This document shows, in pieces, positions 40,910 through 51,074 of a stretch of 64,000 nucleotides of DNA (within the stretch, counting starts at the first letter, position 1; every line of letters begins with the position of its first letter). The stretch comes from an uncultured Pseudomonadota bacterium. GTDB lineage: Bacteria; Pseudomonadota; Alphaproteobacteria; JACZXZ01. Position numbers and translations under genes: made by a program. Under the pieces are notes generated by a model that worked only from the letters and a program-made list of their open reading frames with translations, had not been told where the DNA came from and did not search any database. The stretch spans positions 64,001 to 128,000 of the forward strand of contig CAVVLJ010000022.1 of assembly GCA_963749075.1 (NCBI GenBank), written 5' to 3'.

Positions 40910-41785
40910 GTGGACGTGGGCTTCGTGGGGCTGGGGACGATGGGCAACCCGATGGCGCGCAACCTGCTCAAGGGCGGCTTCGCGCTGCGCGTCTTCGATA
41001 TCGACCCCGCGGCCGTCGCGGCTCTTGCCGCCGCCGGTGCGAAACCGGCGCTCTCGGCCGCGGAGGCGGCCCGCGCCGCCGAGGTCCTCGTCACCATGTT
41101 GCCCAACGGCGAGCATGTGGAGGCAGCACTCTTCGGCGCCCGTGGCGCCGCCGAGACGCTGCCGCGCGGCAGCCTCGTCATCGAGATGAGCACGATAGCA
41201 CCTTCCGCCACCGATCGCATCGCGCGCCGCCTCGCCGAGCAAGGCGTCCGCATGGTCGACGCGCCGGTCGGGCGCTCATCGCAACATGCCGTCGACGGCA
41301 AGTTGCTGATCATGGCCGGCGGCAGCGACGCCGATGTCGAACGCGCGCGGCCGCTCCTCGAAAAGCTGGGCGACACCATCGTGCATTGCGGTCCCGTCGG
41401 CAGCGGCGCACGGACGAAGATCGTCAACAACTACATGTCCATCACGCTCAACGCCACGACGGCCGAGGCGCTGACGCTTGCCGAAGCCAGCGGCCTCGAT
41501 CCGGCGCTCGCGCGCCAGGTCATGCTCGGGACCGTGGCGGGCCAGGGGCACATGGGCACGACCTATCCCGCGAAGGTGCTCAAGGGCGACCTCAAGCCGG
41601 GCTTCATGGTCGACCTCGCCCATAAGGATCTGGGACTGGCGCTCGAGCTCGCGGCGCAGCTCGGCCTCACGCTGCCGACCGGCACCGCCGCCAAGTCCGC
41701 CTATGAGAGCGCCCGCGAGGCGGGACACGGCCGGGACGACTGGACCGCCCTCTACGCGGTCGCCCGAGAGAGGATCAGGCGCTAG
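40910..41785 (+). CDS. beta-hydroxyacid dehydrogenase, closest in motifs to sulfolactaldehyde 3-reductase YihU
   Basis: GLGTMG, TMLPNG, DAPVGR, KIVNNYMSI, KVL.GDL.P.FMVDLAHKDLG, GRDDW. Confidence 0.82.
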   Translation: MDVGFVGLGTMGNPMARNLLKGGFALRVFDIDPAAVAALAAAGAKPALSAAEAARAAEVLVTMLPNGEHVEAALFGARGAAETLPRGSLVIEMSTIAPSATDRIARRLAEQGVRMVDAPVGRSSQHAVDGKLLIMAGGSDADVERARPLLEKLGDTIVHCGPVGSGARTKIVNNYMSITLNATTAEALTLAEASGLDPALARQVMLGTVAGQGHMGTTYPAKVLKGDLKPGFMVDLAHKDLGLALELAAQLGLTLPTGTAAKSAYESAREAGHGRDDWTALYAVARERIRR

Positions 41786-41987
41786 ATCGCGCCGCTTCCG
41801 CAGCGGCTCGATCGGCGCAGACACGGCGGCCGGCCGCTCGCCCGGGATCGTTTGACCTAGGTCAATGTAGCCCGGCCAAGGCCGCCGTATTAGTCGAAAG
41901 ATCGGCGAGCGCTCGGCTACCGTCTTGCGCCGGGACCATTGCAAGGGACCGCGAGCCGAGCTCCGGCTCAAGGTGCGGAGGAGACCC

Positions 41988-44054
41988 ATGTCGATGAACA
42001 AATTGCTCTGGGCCGCGGTGGTCGTGCTGGGGGCGATCGCCTTCGGCGTCGTGGCACTCAGCCGAGGCGAGCCCATCAATGCCGCGTGGCTCGTCATCGC
42101 GGCGGTCTGCATCTATTTCATCGCCTACCGCTTCTACGCCCTCTTCATCGCGGAGAAGGTGCTCGGCGTCGATCCGACGCGCCAGACGCCCGCCTACCGC
42201 CGCAACGACGGTCTCGATTACGTCCCGACCAACCGCTATGTGCTCTACGGGCATCATTTCGCGGCGATCGCCGGGGCGGGGCCGCTGGTCGGTCCGGTTT
42301 TGGCGGCACAGATGGGCTATCTGCCCGGCACCTTGTGGATTCTCGCCGGCGTGGTCTTTGCCGGCGCGGTGCAGGACATGACCGTGCTGTTCCTCTCGAC
42401 GCGGCGCGACGGCCGCTCGCTCGGCGACATCGTCCGCTCCGAGATGGGGCCCGTCGCAGGCGCTGTCGCGGGCATCGGCGTCCTGCTCATCTGCATCATC
42501 ATCCTGGCGGTCCTGGCGCTCGTGGTCGTCAAGGCCTTGATGGGAAGCCCGTGGGGCACCTTCACCGTCTTCTGCACCGTTCCGATCGCGCTCATCATGG
42601 GCGTCTACAGCCGTTTCATCCGGCCGGGCCGCATCGCCGAGATGTCGATCATAGGAGCTGTGCTGCTCCTCTTGGCTCTCATCTTCGGCCGCACGGTTTC
42701 CGAGACCCCGGCACTCGCCGTCTATTTCAATCTCTCCGGCACGACGCTGGCGCTGACTATCATCGGCTACGGCTTCGTGGCCTCGGTGCTGCCGGTGTGG
42801 CTGCTGCTGGCGCCGCGCGACTATCTCTCGACCTTCCTCAAGGTCGGCACGATCTGGCTGCTGGCGATCGGCATCCTCATCGTTCACCCCGATCTGCAAA
42901 TGCCGGCGGTGACCCGCTTTGTCGACGGCAGCGGCCCGGTCTGGGCGGGGAGCCTCTTCCCCTTCCTCTTCATCACCATCGCCTGCGGCTCGGTGTCCGG
43001 CTGGCACGCGCTCATCTCGTCGGGCACCACGCCCAAGATGATCGAGAATGAAAGGCAAATCCCCTTCATCGGCTATGGCGGCATGTTGATGGAATCGCTC
43101 GTCGCCATCATGGCGATGATCGGCGCCACGGTGATCCATCCGGGCATCTATTTCGCGATGAACAGCTCGGCGGGGCTCATCGGGACGACGGCCGACCACG
43201 CAGCACAGGTGATCTCGTCCTGGGGCTTCGTCGTGACGCCCGACATCCTGACCGCGATCGCCAAGGATGTCGGCGAGACGAGCATCCTCTCGCGCACGGG
43301 CGGCGCGCCCACGCTGGCGGTCGGCATGGCCACCATCCTCTCGAGCTTCCTGGGCGGCCGGCTTCTCATGGGGATTTGGTATCACTTCATCATTCTGTTC
43401 GAGGCGTTGTTCATCCTGACGACGGTGGACGCCGGCACGCGCGTCCTGCGCTTCATGATCCAGGATTTCGTGGGCAACATCGTGCCGGCCTTCAAAGAGA
43501 CGAAATCCTGGGCCAACAACCTCATCGGCTCGGCGCTGGCCTGCGTGCTGTGGGGCTATATCCTCTACGAGGGCGTCATCGATCCCTACGGCGGCATCTG
43601 GACCCTGTGGCCGCTCTTCGGGACCGCCAACCAGATGCTTGCGGCCATCGCACTCACCCTGTGCACGGTCGTGTTGTTCAAGATGAAGCGCCAGCGTTAC
43701 GCCTGGGTCACCATCGTCCCGGCGGGGTGGCTCGTCATCACCACCATCACCGCGGGGCTGGAGAAGGTCTTCAGCGCCAACCCCGGGGTCGGCTTCGTGA
43801 GCCATGCCGTCAAGTTCAGCGAGGCGCTCGCGGCGGGCCAGATTCTGGCGCCGGCGAAGACGGTCGAAACGATGGGCCGGGTCATCTTCAACGACTATCT
43901 GGACGCGACGCTGGCCGCTCTCTTCGTGGCCGTCGTGGTGGCGACCGTGATCTATGGCTTCATCAATGCGCGTAAAGCGATGGGCACGCCCAGGAGCACC
44001 GCGGTCGAGATCGGAGGCATTGCCGGCGCGCCGGCAGGGGGCAGCGATGACTAA
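41988..44054 (+). CDS. cstA: carbon starvation CstA-family transporter
   Basis: NDGLDYVPT, GHHFAAIAGAGPLVGP, LLLAPRDYLS, ISSGTTPK. Confidence 0.96.
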   Translation: MSMNKLLWAAVVVLGAIAFGVVALSRGEPINAAWLVIAAVCIYFIAYRFYALFIAEKVLGVDPTRQTPAYRRNDGLDYVPTNRYVLYGHHFAAIAGAGPLVGPVLAAQMGYLPGTLWILAGVVFAGAVQDMTVLFLSTRRDGRSLGDIVRSEMGPVAGAVAGIGVLLICIIILAVLALVVVKALMGSPWGTFTVFCTVPIALIMGVYSRFIRPGRIAEMSIIGAVLLLLALIFGRTVSETPALAVYFNLSGTTLALTIIGYGFVASVLPVWLLLAPRDYLSTFLKVGTIWLLAIGILIVHPDLQMPAVTRFVDGSGPVWAGSLFPFLFITIACGSVSGWHALISSGTTPKMIENERQIPFIGYGGMLMESLVAIMAMIGATVIHPGIYFAMNSSAGLIGTTADHAAQVISSWGFVVTPDILTAIAKDVGETSILSRTGGAPTLAVGMATILSSFLGGRLLMGIWYHFIILFEALFILTTVDAGTRVLRFMIQDFVGNIVPAFKETKSWANNLIGSALACVLWGYILYEGVIDPYGGIWTLWPLFGTANQMLAAIALTLCTVVLFKMKRQRYAWVTIVPAGWLVITTITAGLEKVFSANPGVGFVSHAVKFSEALAAGQILAPAKTVETMGRVIFNDYLDATLAALFVAVVVATVIYGFINARKAMGTPRSTAVEIGGIAGAPAGGSDD

Positions 44055-44247
44055 GCTCAAACGGCTGGGCAAACAGGTGGTTCAGACCGCGCGCCTCATG
44101 GTCGGCATTCCGGACTTCGAGACCTACGTCGAGCATCGCAAGGCCCGTCACCCGGGCGAGCCGATCATGAGCTACGAGGAATTCTTCCGCGAGCGTCAGA
44201 ACGCGCGCTATGCCATCGAGAAGGGCAAATTCAAGGGCTGCTGCTGA
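44047..44247 (+). CDS. YbdD/YjiX (DUF466) small protein
   Basis: ARLMVGIPD..HPGEP.MSYEEFFRERQ..CC; follows cstA. Confidence 0.93.
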   Translation: MTKLKRLGKQVVQTARLMVGIPDFETYVEHRKARHPGEPIMSYEEFFRERQNARYAIEKGKFKGCC

Positions 44248-44320
44248 GGAGACCGGGCCGGCCGCGCCGGCCCGCCTTCCCGCGGCCTGCAACGATGCAT
44301 GCTTCCAGGGAATGACGCGC

Positions 44321-45961
44321 ATGGTCGCCAAGCTGAGCGACATGACTCCGAAGGTCGATCTCACTCACGGCAAGGGCACCGGGCCGGTCCGCCTGCGCCG
44401 CCCGCTCTATGTCGACCTCCTGCCGCCCTGCAACCAGAGCTGCCCCGCAGGCGAGAATATTCAAGCCTGGCTCGACTTGGCCCAGACCGGCAAATATCGC
44501 GAAGCCTGGGGAGCGCTGGTGCGCGACAACCCCATGCCGGCCGTTCACGGGCGGGTGTGCTATCACCCGTGCGAGAGCGGCTGCAACAGGGCCGAGCTGG
44601 ACGCGCCGGTCAGCATCCACGCGGTCGAGCGCTTTCTCGGCGACCTCGCCGCCAAGAAGGATTGGTCCTTCAAGATCGAGGCGCCGCCGAGCGGGAAGCG
44701 CATCCTGATCGTGGGCGCCGGCCCGTGCGGGCTGTCGGCGGCCTACCACCTGGCGCGCCTCGGTCATGCGGTCGAGATCCACGAGGCCGGGCCGCTGCCG
44801 GGCGGCATGATGCATTTCGGCATCCCGGCCTACCGGCTGCCGCGTGCGGAGCTCATGGGCGAGATCCGCAGGATCGAGGCGATGGGCGTGAAGATCGTCC
44901 TCAACCGCAAGGTCGAGGACGTGCTCGCGGAGAAGTCCGCCGGCAACTTCGATGCCGTCCTCATCGCGATCGGCGCGGACGTGGGCAAGCATGTCGAGAT
45001 ACCGGCGCGCGACGCCGTGCGCGTGCTCGATGCCGTCTCGCTCCTGCGCGATGCCAGGATGGGCGAGGCGCCGCGCCTCGGCCGCCGGGTCGTGATCTAC
45101 GGCGGCGGCAATACGGCGATGGACGCGGCCCGGACGGCGAGGCGTCTGGGCGCCGAGGAGGCGCTCATCGTCTATCGGCGCGACCGCGCGCACATGCCGG
45201 CGCGCGCCTTCGAGGCGGACGAGGCGCTCGAGGAAGGCATCAAGATCAAGTGGCTGAGCACCATCAAGGAGATCGCCGGCGCCGACCTCACGGTCGAGAT
45301 CATGGTGCTCGACGAGAAGGGGCGGCCGCAGCCGACCGGACGCTTCGAGACGCTCACGGCGGACGCGGTCCTCCTCGCCCTCGGCCAGGAGACGGACAGC
45401 GCCTTCCTGCGCCGCGTTCCCGGCATCGAGTTCGGCGCCGACGGCATGGTGCTGGTGTCGCCCGACATGATGACCGGTCATCCCGGAATCTTCGCCGGAG
45501 GAGACGTGATCCCGGGCGAGCGGACCGTCACCGTCTCGGTCGGCCACGGCAAGCGGGCGGCGCGGCACATCGATGCCTGGCTGAGCGGCGGGCGCTACGA
45601 GAAGCCGGCCAAGGCGCCCGTCGTGCGCTTCGACATGCTCCATCTGCCGGTCTACAGCGATGCCGATCCCCGCTCCCAGAAGACGCTGTCCGCCGCCGCG
45701 CGCGTCAGCGGCTTCGAGGAGGTCGTCCGCGGGCTCGAAGAGAACGAGGCCCGCTTCGAGGCTCAGCGTTGCCTCTCGTGCGGCAATTGCTACGAGTGCG
45801 ACAACTGCTATGCGGCCTGTCCGGAGGACGCCATCCTCAAGCTGGGGCCGGGACGGCGCTACCGCGTCGACTACGACAAGTGCACCGGCTGCGCCGTGTG
45901 CTTCGAGCAGTGCCCTTGCCACGCCATCGAGATGGCGGCCGAGCCGCAGGGGGTCGACTGA
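44321..45961 (+). CDS. GltD-like NAD(P)/FAD oxidoreductase with a C-terminal 2x[4Fe-4S] domain
   Basis: PPC..CP, GRVCYHPCE, GAGPCG, GGGNTAMD, CLSCGNC..C..CP, CTGCAVC..CP. Confidence 0.9.
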   Translation: MVAKLSDMTPKVDLTHGKGTGPVRLRRPLYVDLLPPCNQSCPAGENIQAWLDLAQTGKYREAWGALVRDNPMPAVHGRVCYHPCESGCNRAELDAPVSIHAVERFLGDLAAKKDWSFKIEAPPSGKRILIVGAGPCGLSAAYHLARLGHAVEIHEAGPLPGGMMHFGIPAYRLPRAELMGEIRRIEAMGVKIVLNRKVEDVLAEKSAGNFDAVLIAIGADVGKHVEIPARDAVRVLDAVSLLRDARMGEAPRLGRRVVIYGGGNTAMDAARTARRLGAEEALIVYRRDRAHMPARAFEADEALEEGIKIKWLSTIKEIAGADLTVEIMVLDEKGRPQPTGRFETLTADAVLLALGQETDSAFLRRVPGIEFGADGMVLVSPDMMTGHPGIFAGGDVIPGERTVTVSVGHGKRAARHIDAWLSGGRYEKPAKAPVVRFDMLHLPVYSDADPRSQKTLSAAARVSGFEEVVRGLEENEARFEAQRCLSCGNCYECDNCYAACPEDAILKLGPGRRYRVDYDKCTGCAVCFEQCPCHAIEMAAEPQGVD

Positions 45962-46227
45962 GACGACCCGGGCGAGCGCGTCCGGATGCCGGGCAAAATG
46001 GCCGGATCGGACGCTCGACCGCCGTTGCGGCCGCCCCCGGTGCCGCCCGCCGCCCGCGCTTCGCGTCCGTATTGCACGAAGACCGGAAAGGCGCGAATAT
46101 TCATGCCAGGACGGGCGTCGTCCGGGCAATCCCGGCTTGCAGTCGTCAATCGGCCGCCCGATGCGTGATCGCGGACTGGCGATCCGGTCGGAAAATCGGT
46201 CAATTTTTTGAACGGGGGGAAAAGAAA

Positions 46228-47532
46228 ATGAGCGAAGCGACCGCGAGTCCGACCCAGAGGCAGATTTTCAAAGTCGCGCTGGCGAGCATCATCGGCTCGG
46301 TGATCGAACAATACGACTTCCTCGTCACCGGCGTCATCGCGGCGACCGTCTGGGGCGGCATCTTCTTCAAGCTGCCGGGCCTTGCGGCCGTTGCGGCGGC
46401 GATCGGCGTCTACGGCCTCGGCATCATCATCCGCCCGGTCGGCGCCTATATCTTCGGCAACATCGCCGATCGGCGGGGGCGCAGGGACGCCATGGTTTAT
46501 GCGCTGGTGCTGATGGGCGTCAGCACGCTGCTGATCGGGCTTACGCCGACCTACGACAGCATCGGCGTCGCCGCGCCGGCGCTGCTGATCGTCTTCCGGC
46601 TCATGCAGGGGATCAGTTTCGGCGCCGAGTTCGGCACCGCCTCGACCTGGGTGGTCGAACAGGCGGCGCGATCGAAGTACCGCGCCTTCTGGGGTGCCTG
46701 GGTCGGCTTCGCGATCCCGATCGGGCTGCTCCTCGGCTTCGGCTCGGTGATCTTCGTCAAGTCGCTGATGACGCCGCAGGATTTCATCGCCTGGGGCTGG
46801 CGCATCTTCTTCTTCGTCGGCTTCCTGGTGGCGATCGTCGGCATCGTCATCCGGACGCGCACCCAGGACAGCTTCGTCTTCGAACGGCACAAGTCGCAGG
46901 GTGCGATTCTCGCGCATCCCGCGAGACAGGTCTGGCGCGAGATGCCGCTGCGCATCCTGCGCACCTCGCTGGTGAACGCGATGTTCGGCGGCGCGTTCTT
47001 CCTCTACTTCGTGTTCGGCACCGGCTACATGAAGGCGGTCGGCTTCGCCGGATCGACGCCCGAGACGATCGGGCTGATCGCCGCGGCCTTCATGCTGGTG
47101 TTCATGATCATCGGCTCGGTGCTCGCCGACGTCATCAACCGCCGGACCATCCTGTTGATCGCCGCCGTCGTGTTCCTCATCTTCGCCATCCCGTATTTCT
47201 ACCTGATCAACTCGGGCAGCTTCATCCTCGCAACGATCGCCGAGATCGTCGGATTCGGCTTCGTCTTCGGCTTCGGCTATGGCGCGATACCGGCCTTCTA
47301 TACGGAGAATTTCCCGACCAAATACCGCGGCTCGGGCGCGAGCGCCGGTTATCAAATCGCGCAGGTCTACGGCGGCGGGCTGATCCCGATTCTCGCCGGC
47401 CTGCTCCTCGAGGCCTACGGCATTCACAGGGCCTATATCTATATCGGGCTTCTGGTGATGGTCTACGCGGTGCTGGCGATCTTCGCGATTCTCGCCACGC
47501 CGGAGACGAAGCACGCCAATCTCGAAGGGTGA
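46228..47532 (+). CDS. MFS transporter (metabolite:H+ symporter type)
   Basis: IEQYDF, RPVGA..ADRRGRR, RLMQGISFGAEF, ENFPTKYRGSG. Confidence 0.93.
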   Translation: MSEATASPTQRQIFKVALASIIGSVIEQYDFLVTGVIAATVWGGIFFKLPGLAAVAAAIGVYGLGIIIRPVGAYIFGNIADRRGRRDAMVYALVLMGVSTLLIGLTPTYDSIGVAAPALLIVFRLMQGISFGAEFGTASTWVVEQAARSKYRAFWGAWVGFAIPIGLLLGFGSVIFVKSLMTPQDFIAWGWRIFFFVGFLVAIVGIVIRTRTQDSFVFERHKSQGAILAHPARQVWREMPLRILRTSLVNAMFGGAFFLYFVFGTGYMKAVGFAGSTPETIGLIAAAFMLVFMIIGSVLADVINRRTILLIAAVVFLIFAIPYFYLINSGSFILATIAEIVGFGFVFGFGYGAIPAFYTENFPTKYRGSGASAGYQIAQVYGGGLIPILAGLLLEAYGIHRAYIYIGLLVMVYAVLAIFAILATPETKHANLEG

Positions 47533-47620
47533 TGCCGCCTAAGCGGTGCCGCCGGGCGGACGGCGCGCCGGCCGCCGTTGACAAGCTGCCGTCTGGCTCG
47601 CAAGTATGCCTCGAGCCCGA

Positions 47621-48193
47621 ATGCCGAGGATCGTATTGCGCTGTCTCTGCCGCATCGCGGCGTTGCTGCCCTTGCTGCCTTGTGCGGCGGGACCGGGCTT
47701 CGCGACGCAGCCCCTTGCCTTCGCGGGCCCCCAGGCAGCGGTGACGGCGCCGCCGATAGACGCCCCTCCGAGGATCGACCGCGTCCTCGTGATTAAGCAC
47801 TTGCGCCGGCTCTACCTCCTCGCGAGGGGAGAGATCGTCGCGGCCTATCCGGTCAAGCTCGGGCATCATCCTCTGGGGCCGAAGGTGGAGGCCGGCGACG
47901 GCAAGACTCCCGAGGGCGACTACGTGCTCGACCGCCGCAACCCTTTGAGCCTCTTCACGCTGGCACTCCATGTCTCCTATCCGAACGAGCGCGACCGCGC
48001 GCACGCACGCGCCCTCCATGTGAATCCGGGCGGCGCCATCGAGGTCCATGGCGATCCCTTCGTGGCGAGCGCCATCAGCGCCGGCAAGCTGCGCACCGCC
48101 TGGACCGCCGGCTGCATCGCCTTGTCCAACGCCGATATGAAGCAGGCGTGGGACCTGGTCGCCGACGGCACCCCGATCGAAATCGAGCCGTGA
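47621..48193 (+). CDS. L,D-transpeptidase (YkuD family)
   Basis: GDGKTPEG, ISYPN-like, HG..WTAGCIALSN. Confidence 0.9.
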   Translation: MPRIVLRCLCRIAALLPLLPCAAGPGFATQPLAFAGPQAAVTAPPIDAPPRIDRVLVIKHLRRLYLLARGEIVAAYPVKLGHHPLGPKVEAGDGKTPEGDYVLDRRNPLSLFTLALHVSYPNERDRAHARALHVNPGGAIEVHGDPFVASAISAGKLRTAWTAGCIALSNADMKQAWDLVADGTPIEIEP

Positions 48194-48281
48194 AAATGCG
48201 ATCCCGCGGCACTCGCGGCGGCGGCGAGCCGGCCCCGCCGGAATGTCGAGGCGTCGCGTTCTGGCGCCGGGCCGGGCCCGG

Positions 48282-49116
48282 TCAATCCGGGGCGCCGTGG
48301 CCGGAGACGACGCGGACCACGCCGCGAATGACGTCGCGGAACGCCTCGTCGTAGTTCACGCCTTTTATTCCCCAGGCGTAACCGACGCCGTGCCAGAGCA
48401 TCTGCCACGACCCGACCCAGCCGGGCAGGGCGGGTTGGAACTCGAGCGAGCCGACGACAATCACTTGATCCGGAGAGGATGCCGCCAGAGGCGGCGGGAA
48501 CCAGCCCATGGTGATGCCCCAGGCGACGAGCTCGGCCTCGCTCGGAATACGCACCTTCATGCCGTAGTCGCCGGCCAGGCTGGCGAAAGCGACCCGTTGC
48601 TCGGCGGCGGCAGGAGCCTCGGCGCTCAGCAGATAGGACCCCTTGGCGCCGCGCACCGTGGAGGGCGGGCACCACCACGGGGCGCCTGCCGCGCCAGGGC
48701 CGCAAGCCGAGATGCGCCAGCGCCCGGTCGATCCGCGCCCGGTCGAAGGTCACCGTGAGGTAATGCGATCGGTCGTAGCTGGCCTGGTCGTCCCTGTGCG
48801 CTATGAGCGCCTTCGGATCGATGTAGTAGAAGGAGGCGACCAGGGCGTCCGCGTGCGCCGCGAGCTTAGCCGTACGCGGATCGCCTTGCAGCCGCGGCTC
48901 GCCCGACACCTTCACGAGGACTTCGCGCAGGCACTGCGCGAAGCCGCTCGGGCGGCTGCGCATGTCCGTGCCGCTGACGATGGCGGTCGCCTGGTAGAAG
49001 CCGCTCGTATCTTGCGCGCGGCCCGGCCGCGCGTCGGCGGCAACGAGCGCAAGCGAGAGGACGACGAGCAGCCATGCCGCTGCCAGCCGCCCGTGCCGGA
49101 GCTGCCGATCTTCCAT
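48282..49116 (-). CDS. DUF2066-like exported protein, +1 frameshift at about 48660
   Basis: CLREVLVKVSG..LTVTFDRARID..LGLRPW; removing one C joins PAL to TVRGAKG. Confidence 0.65.
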
Positions 49117-49440
49117 CGCCTGTCTCCCTTCTCCCGATCGCGCGGACCCACGACTGGAGGCCGCGGGTCCATAACTATCCATAGATATATAGACAGTTAT
49201 AGACTAGCCTCTCAGCCGAGACTCTGCAACGCTCGAAATCCGCGATTGAAGTGACCCGCGGACCGCCGGAGACGGCCGTCCTCAGGGCGGCCGCCGAAGG
49301 CCGTCCAAGCGTCCCGAGTTGACGGCCGATATCCGAGGTTCGCTTTGTGCGAATATCGGGCCAAAAAAGGCATGGTCATGATTTCATTGTATTTATTTCT
49401 TGTTTAGTAAAATTTTGCCGCGGCAAATATCTTATTCCGT

Positions 49441-49469
49441 TTGTAAAATAAAACCCGCGTCCCCATATA
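49441..49469 (+). promoter_or_regulatory. RpoH (sigma32)-like promoter TTGTAA-N14-CCCCATATA
   Basis: Fits the heat-shock consensus; same spacing as the groES promoter. Confidence 0.6.
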
Positions 49470-49504
49470 CAAAAACATTGATAAAATCAAAATTCGGAGG
49501 TCCC

Positions 49505-49732
49505 ATGAAGGCGGCCCTTACAGGCGTGCAGCACCACAACGCCGCGGCGGAGCATCACGACCAAGCGGCACGGCATCATCGCCAGGCGTCGAAATACTAC
49601 GAAGAGAACGACCATGCGCATGCCGCGCACCAAGCCCTCATTGCCCACGGCCATGCCCAACAGGCCGCGCGTCACGGCAATGAGGCGACCAAGTACCACA
49701 TCGAGCAGCATGGCATGGAGGCGTCCACCTAG
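49505..49732 (+). CDS. small His-rich helical protein
   Basis: GGAGG RBS; 14 His in 75 aa, HH pairs in heptad spacing. Confidence 0.85.
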   Translation: MKAALTGVQHHNAAAEHHDQAARHHRQASKYYEENDHAHAAHQALIAHGHAQQAARHGNEATKYHIEQHGMEAST

Positions 49733-49803
49733 GCGAATGGGCGGCGGCTCGTCCGCCGCCGGGAATTCGTCCGGTCCGCAGAACGTCAGGGAGAATACAC
49801 GTC

Positions 49804-50220
49804 ATGGCATCCAAACCTGGTCTTGCGCAGCGATTTGAGGATTATCGGCCGTCCAAGACGGTGCTCGCCTGGTCTTGCGCCGCCTGCATCGTTGCCACCA
49901 TGATCGTCGGCTTTGAGTGGGGCGGCTGGGTGACCGGCGGCACCGCCTCGGACATGGCGAGCAAGGCAGCGGCGGGAGCAAGCGCCGAATTGGCGGCCGG
50001 AGTTTGTGCCGTGCAATTCAACAAGGCTTCCGATGCGGGCGTCCAACTTGCGGCGCTGAGCAAACTCGACGCTTGGGAGCGCGGGGACTTCATAAAGAAG
50101 GGCGGCTGGGCCACGCTGCCCGGCATGAAGGATTCGGTCGAGGGCGCCGCCGATCTCTGCGCCAGGCAGCTCACGGAAGCCAAACTCTCGCCGGTGAAAG
50201 CCAGCGGTACTTCCGGCTGA
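49804..50220 (+). CDS. hypothetical membrane-anchored protein
   Basis: GGAG RBS, one TM segment, WGGWVTG, two Cys in the soluble part. Confidence 0.8.
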   Translation: MASKPGLAQRFEDYRPSKTVLAWSCAACIVATMIVGFEWGGWVTGGTASDMASKAAAGASAELAAGVCAVQFNKASDAGVQLAALSKLDAWERGDFIKKGGWATLPGMKDSVEGAADLCARQLTEAKLSPVKASGTSG

Positions 50221-50376
50221 CTATTGCGCTCAGGGCGCGGGCGATCGACGAAGGGGCGCCGACGGGAGATCGTCGCCCGGTTCCTCGCGGCGGGAACCGG
50301 AGGGGCGCTTGTTGCCGAGCGCGGTGGGACGCGCGGACGTGCTTGAGGCGCTCTCTCCGGGCCGGAGGATGAGGTG

Positions 50377-50889
50377 ATGCACCAGGCGGTATCGCGGCTC
50401 CTCCTCGAGCTTCCGCTCTTCCTCGTCACCGCCGTCGCGACGCACCTGGTCATGTCGCTGGGGCAGACGCTGATGCATTGGCAGCTCGGCCATCATGCGA
50501 CGGGCGGCAAGTTCTTCCGCAATCACATCAAGTTTCACCACACGTACTATTCCAAAGATCACCTGGTGTCGCGGACCTACCTTGGCGACGAAGGGAACAA
50601 TACGCCCTTCTTCTTCATTCCCGTTTTCCTGGCCGGAGCGTGCACTTACTTCCTCTTGCCGCTCGATCTCTTCGTCGTCCAAATAGCCGTCTGTGCGGCG
50701 TCCTTCTACGCGCACGTCTTTTTCGACAAGGAATACCACGTCGAGGCGTCGCGGCTCCTTCGCTTTGCCTGGTTCAGACGCATGCAGGAGCTTCACTTCA
50801 CGCATCACCGCCACGCGGACTGCAATTTCGCGGTGATCGATTTCTTCTGGGATCGCATCCTGGGCACCTATCGACGGCCGGATGCCTGA
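50377..50889 (+). CDS. sterol desaturase/fatty acid hydroxylase family protein
   Basis: His boxes HWQLGH, HIKFHH, HFTHHRH; NF..WDRILGT. Confidence 0.85.
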   Translation: MHQAVSRLLLELPLFLVTAVATHLVMSLGQTLMHWQLGHHATGGKFFRNHIKFHHTYYSKDHLVSRTYLGDEGNNTPFFFIPVFLAGACTYFLLPLDLFVVQIAVCAASFYAHVFFDKEYHVEASRLLRFAWFRRMQELHFTHHRHADCNFAVIDFFWDRILGTYRRPDA

Positions 50890-50971
50890 ATCGGACGAAT
50901 TAAGCCCTGCGAGTCGGATGGAATATTTCGGCGATTCGCAGGGATTTATGAATTTCTTGACGATGTCTTGG

Positions 50972-51000
50972 TTGTATTTGGCACGCCGCCGTCCCATGTA
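50972..51000 (+). promoter_or_regulatory. RpoH-like promoter TTGTAT-N14-TCCCATGTA
   Basis: Directly upstream of CIRCE and groES. Confidence 0.55.
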
Positions 51001-51012
51001 GCGGAATACGCG

Positions 51013-51039
51013 TTGGCACTCTCTCCGCGAGAGTGCCAA
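51013..51039. promoter_or_regulatory. CIRCE element (HrcA operator)
   Basis: TTGGCACTC-N9-GAGTGCCAA. Confidence 0.93.
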
Positions 51040-51074
51040 ATCCCCGCGAAAATCTCGCTCCAGGGAGACCGTCA

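Noticed and set aside
44239-44290. Selenocysteine read-through at TGC-TGC-TGA of the YbdD-family gene, followed by a GC hairpin
   Set aside because: The terminal CC motif is already complete, so TGA is best read as stop; no convincing SECIS
44299-46227. Apparent 1077-aa ORF fusing a long N-terminus to the MFS transporter
   Set aside because: The N-terminal part is an off-frame shadow of the GltD-like gene; the real start is 46228
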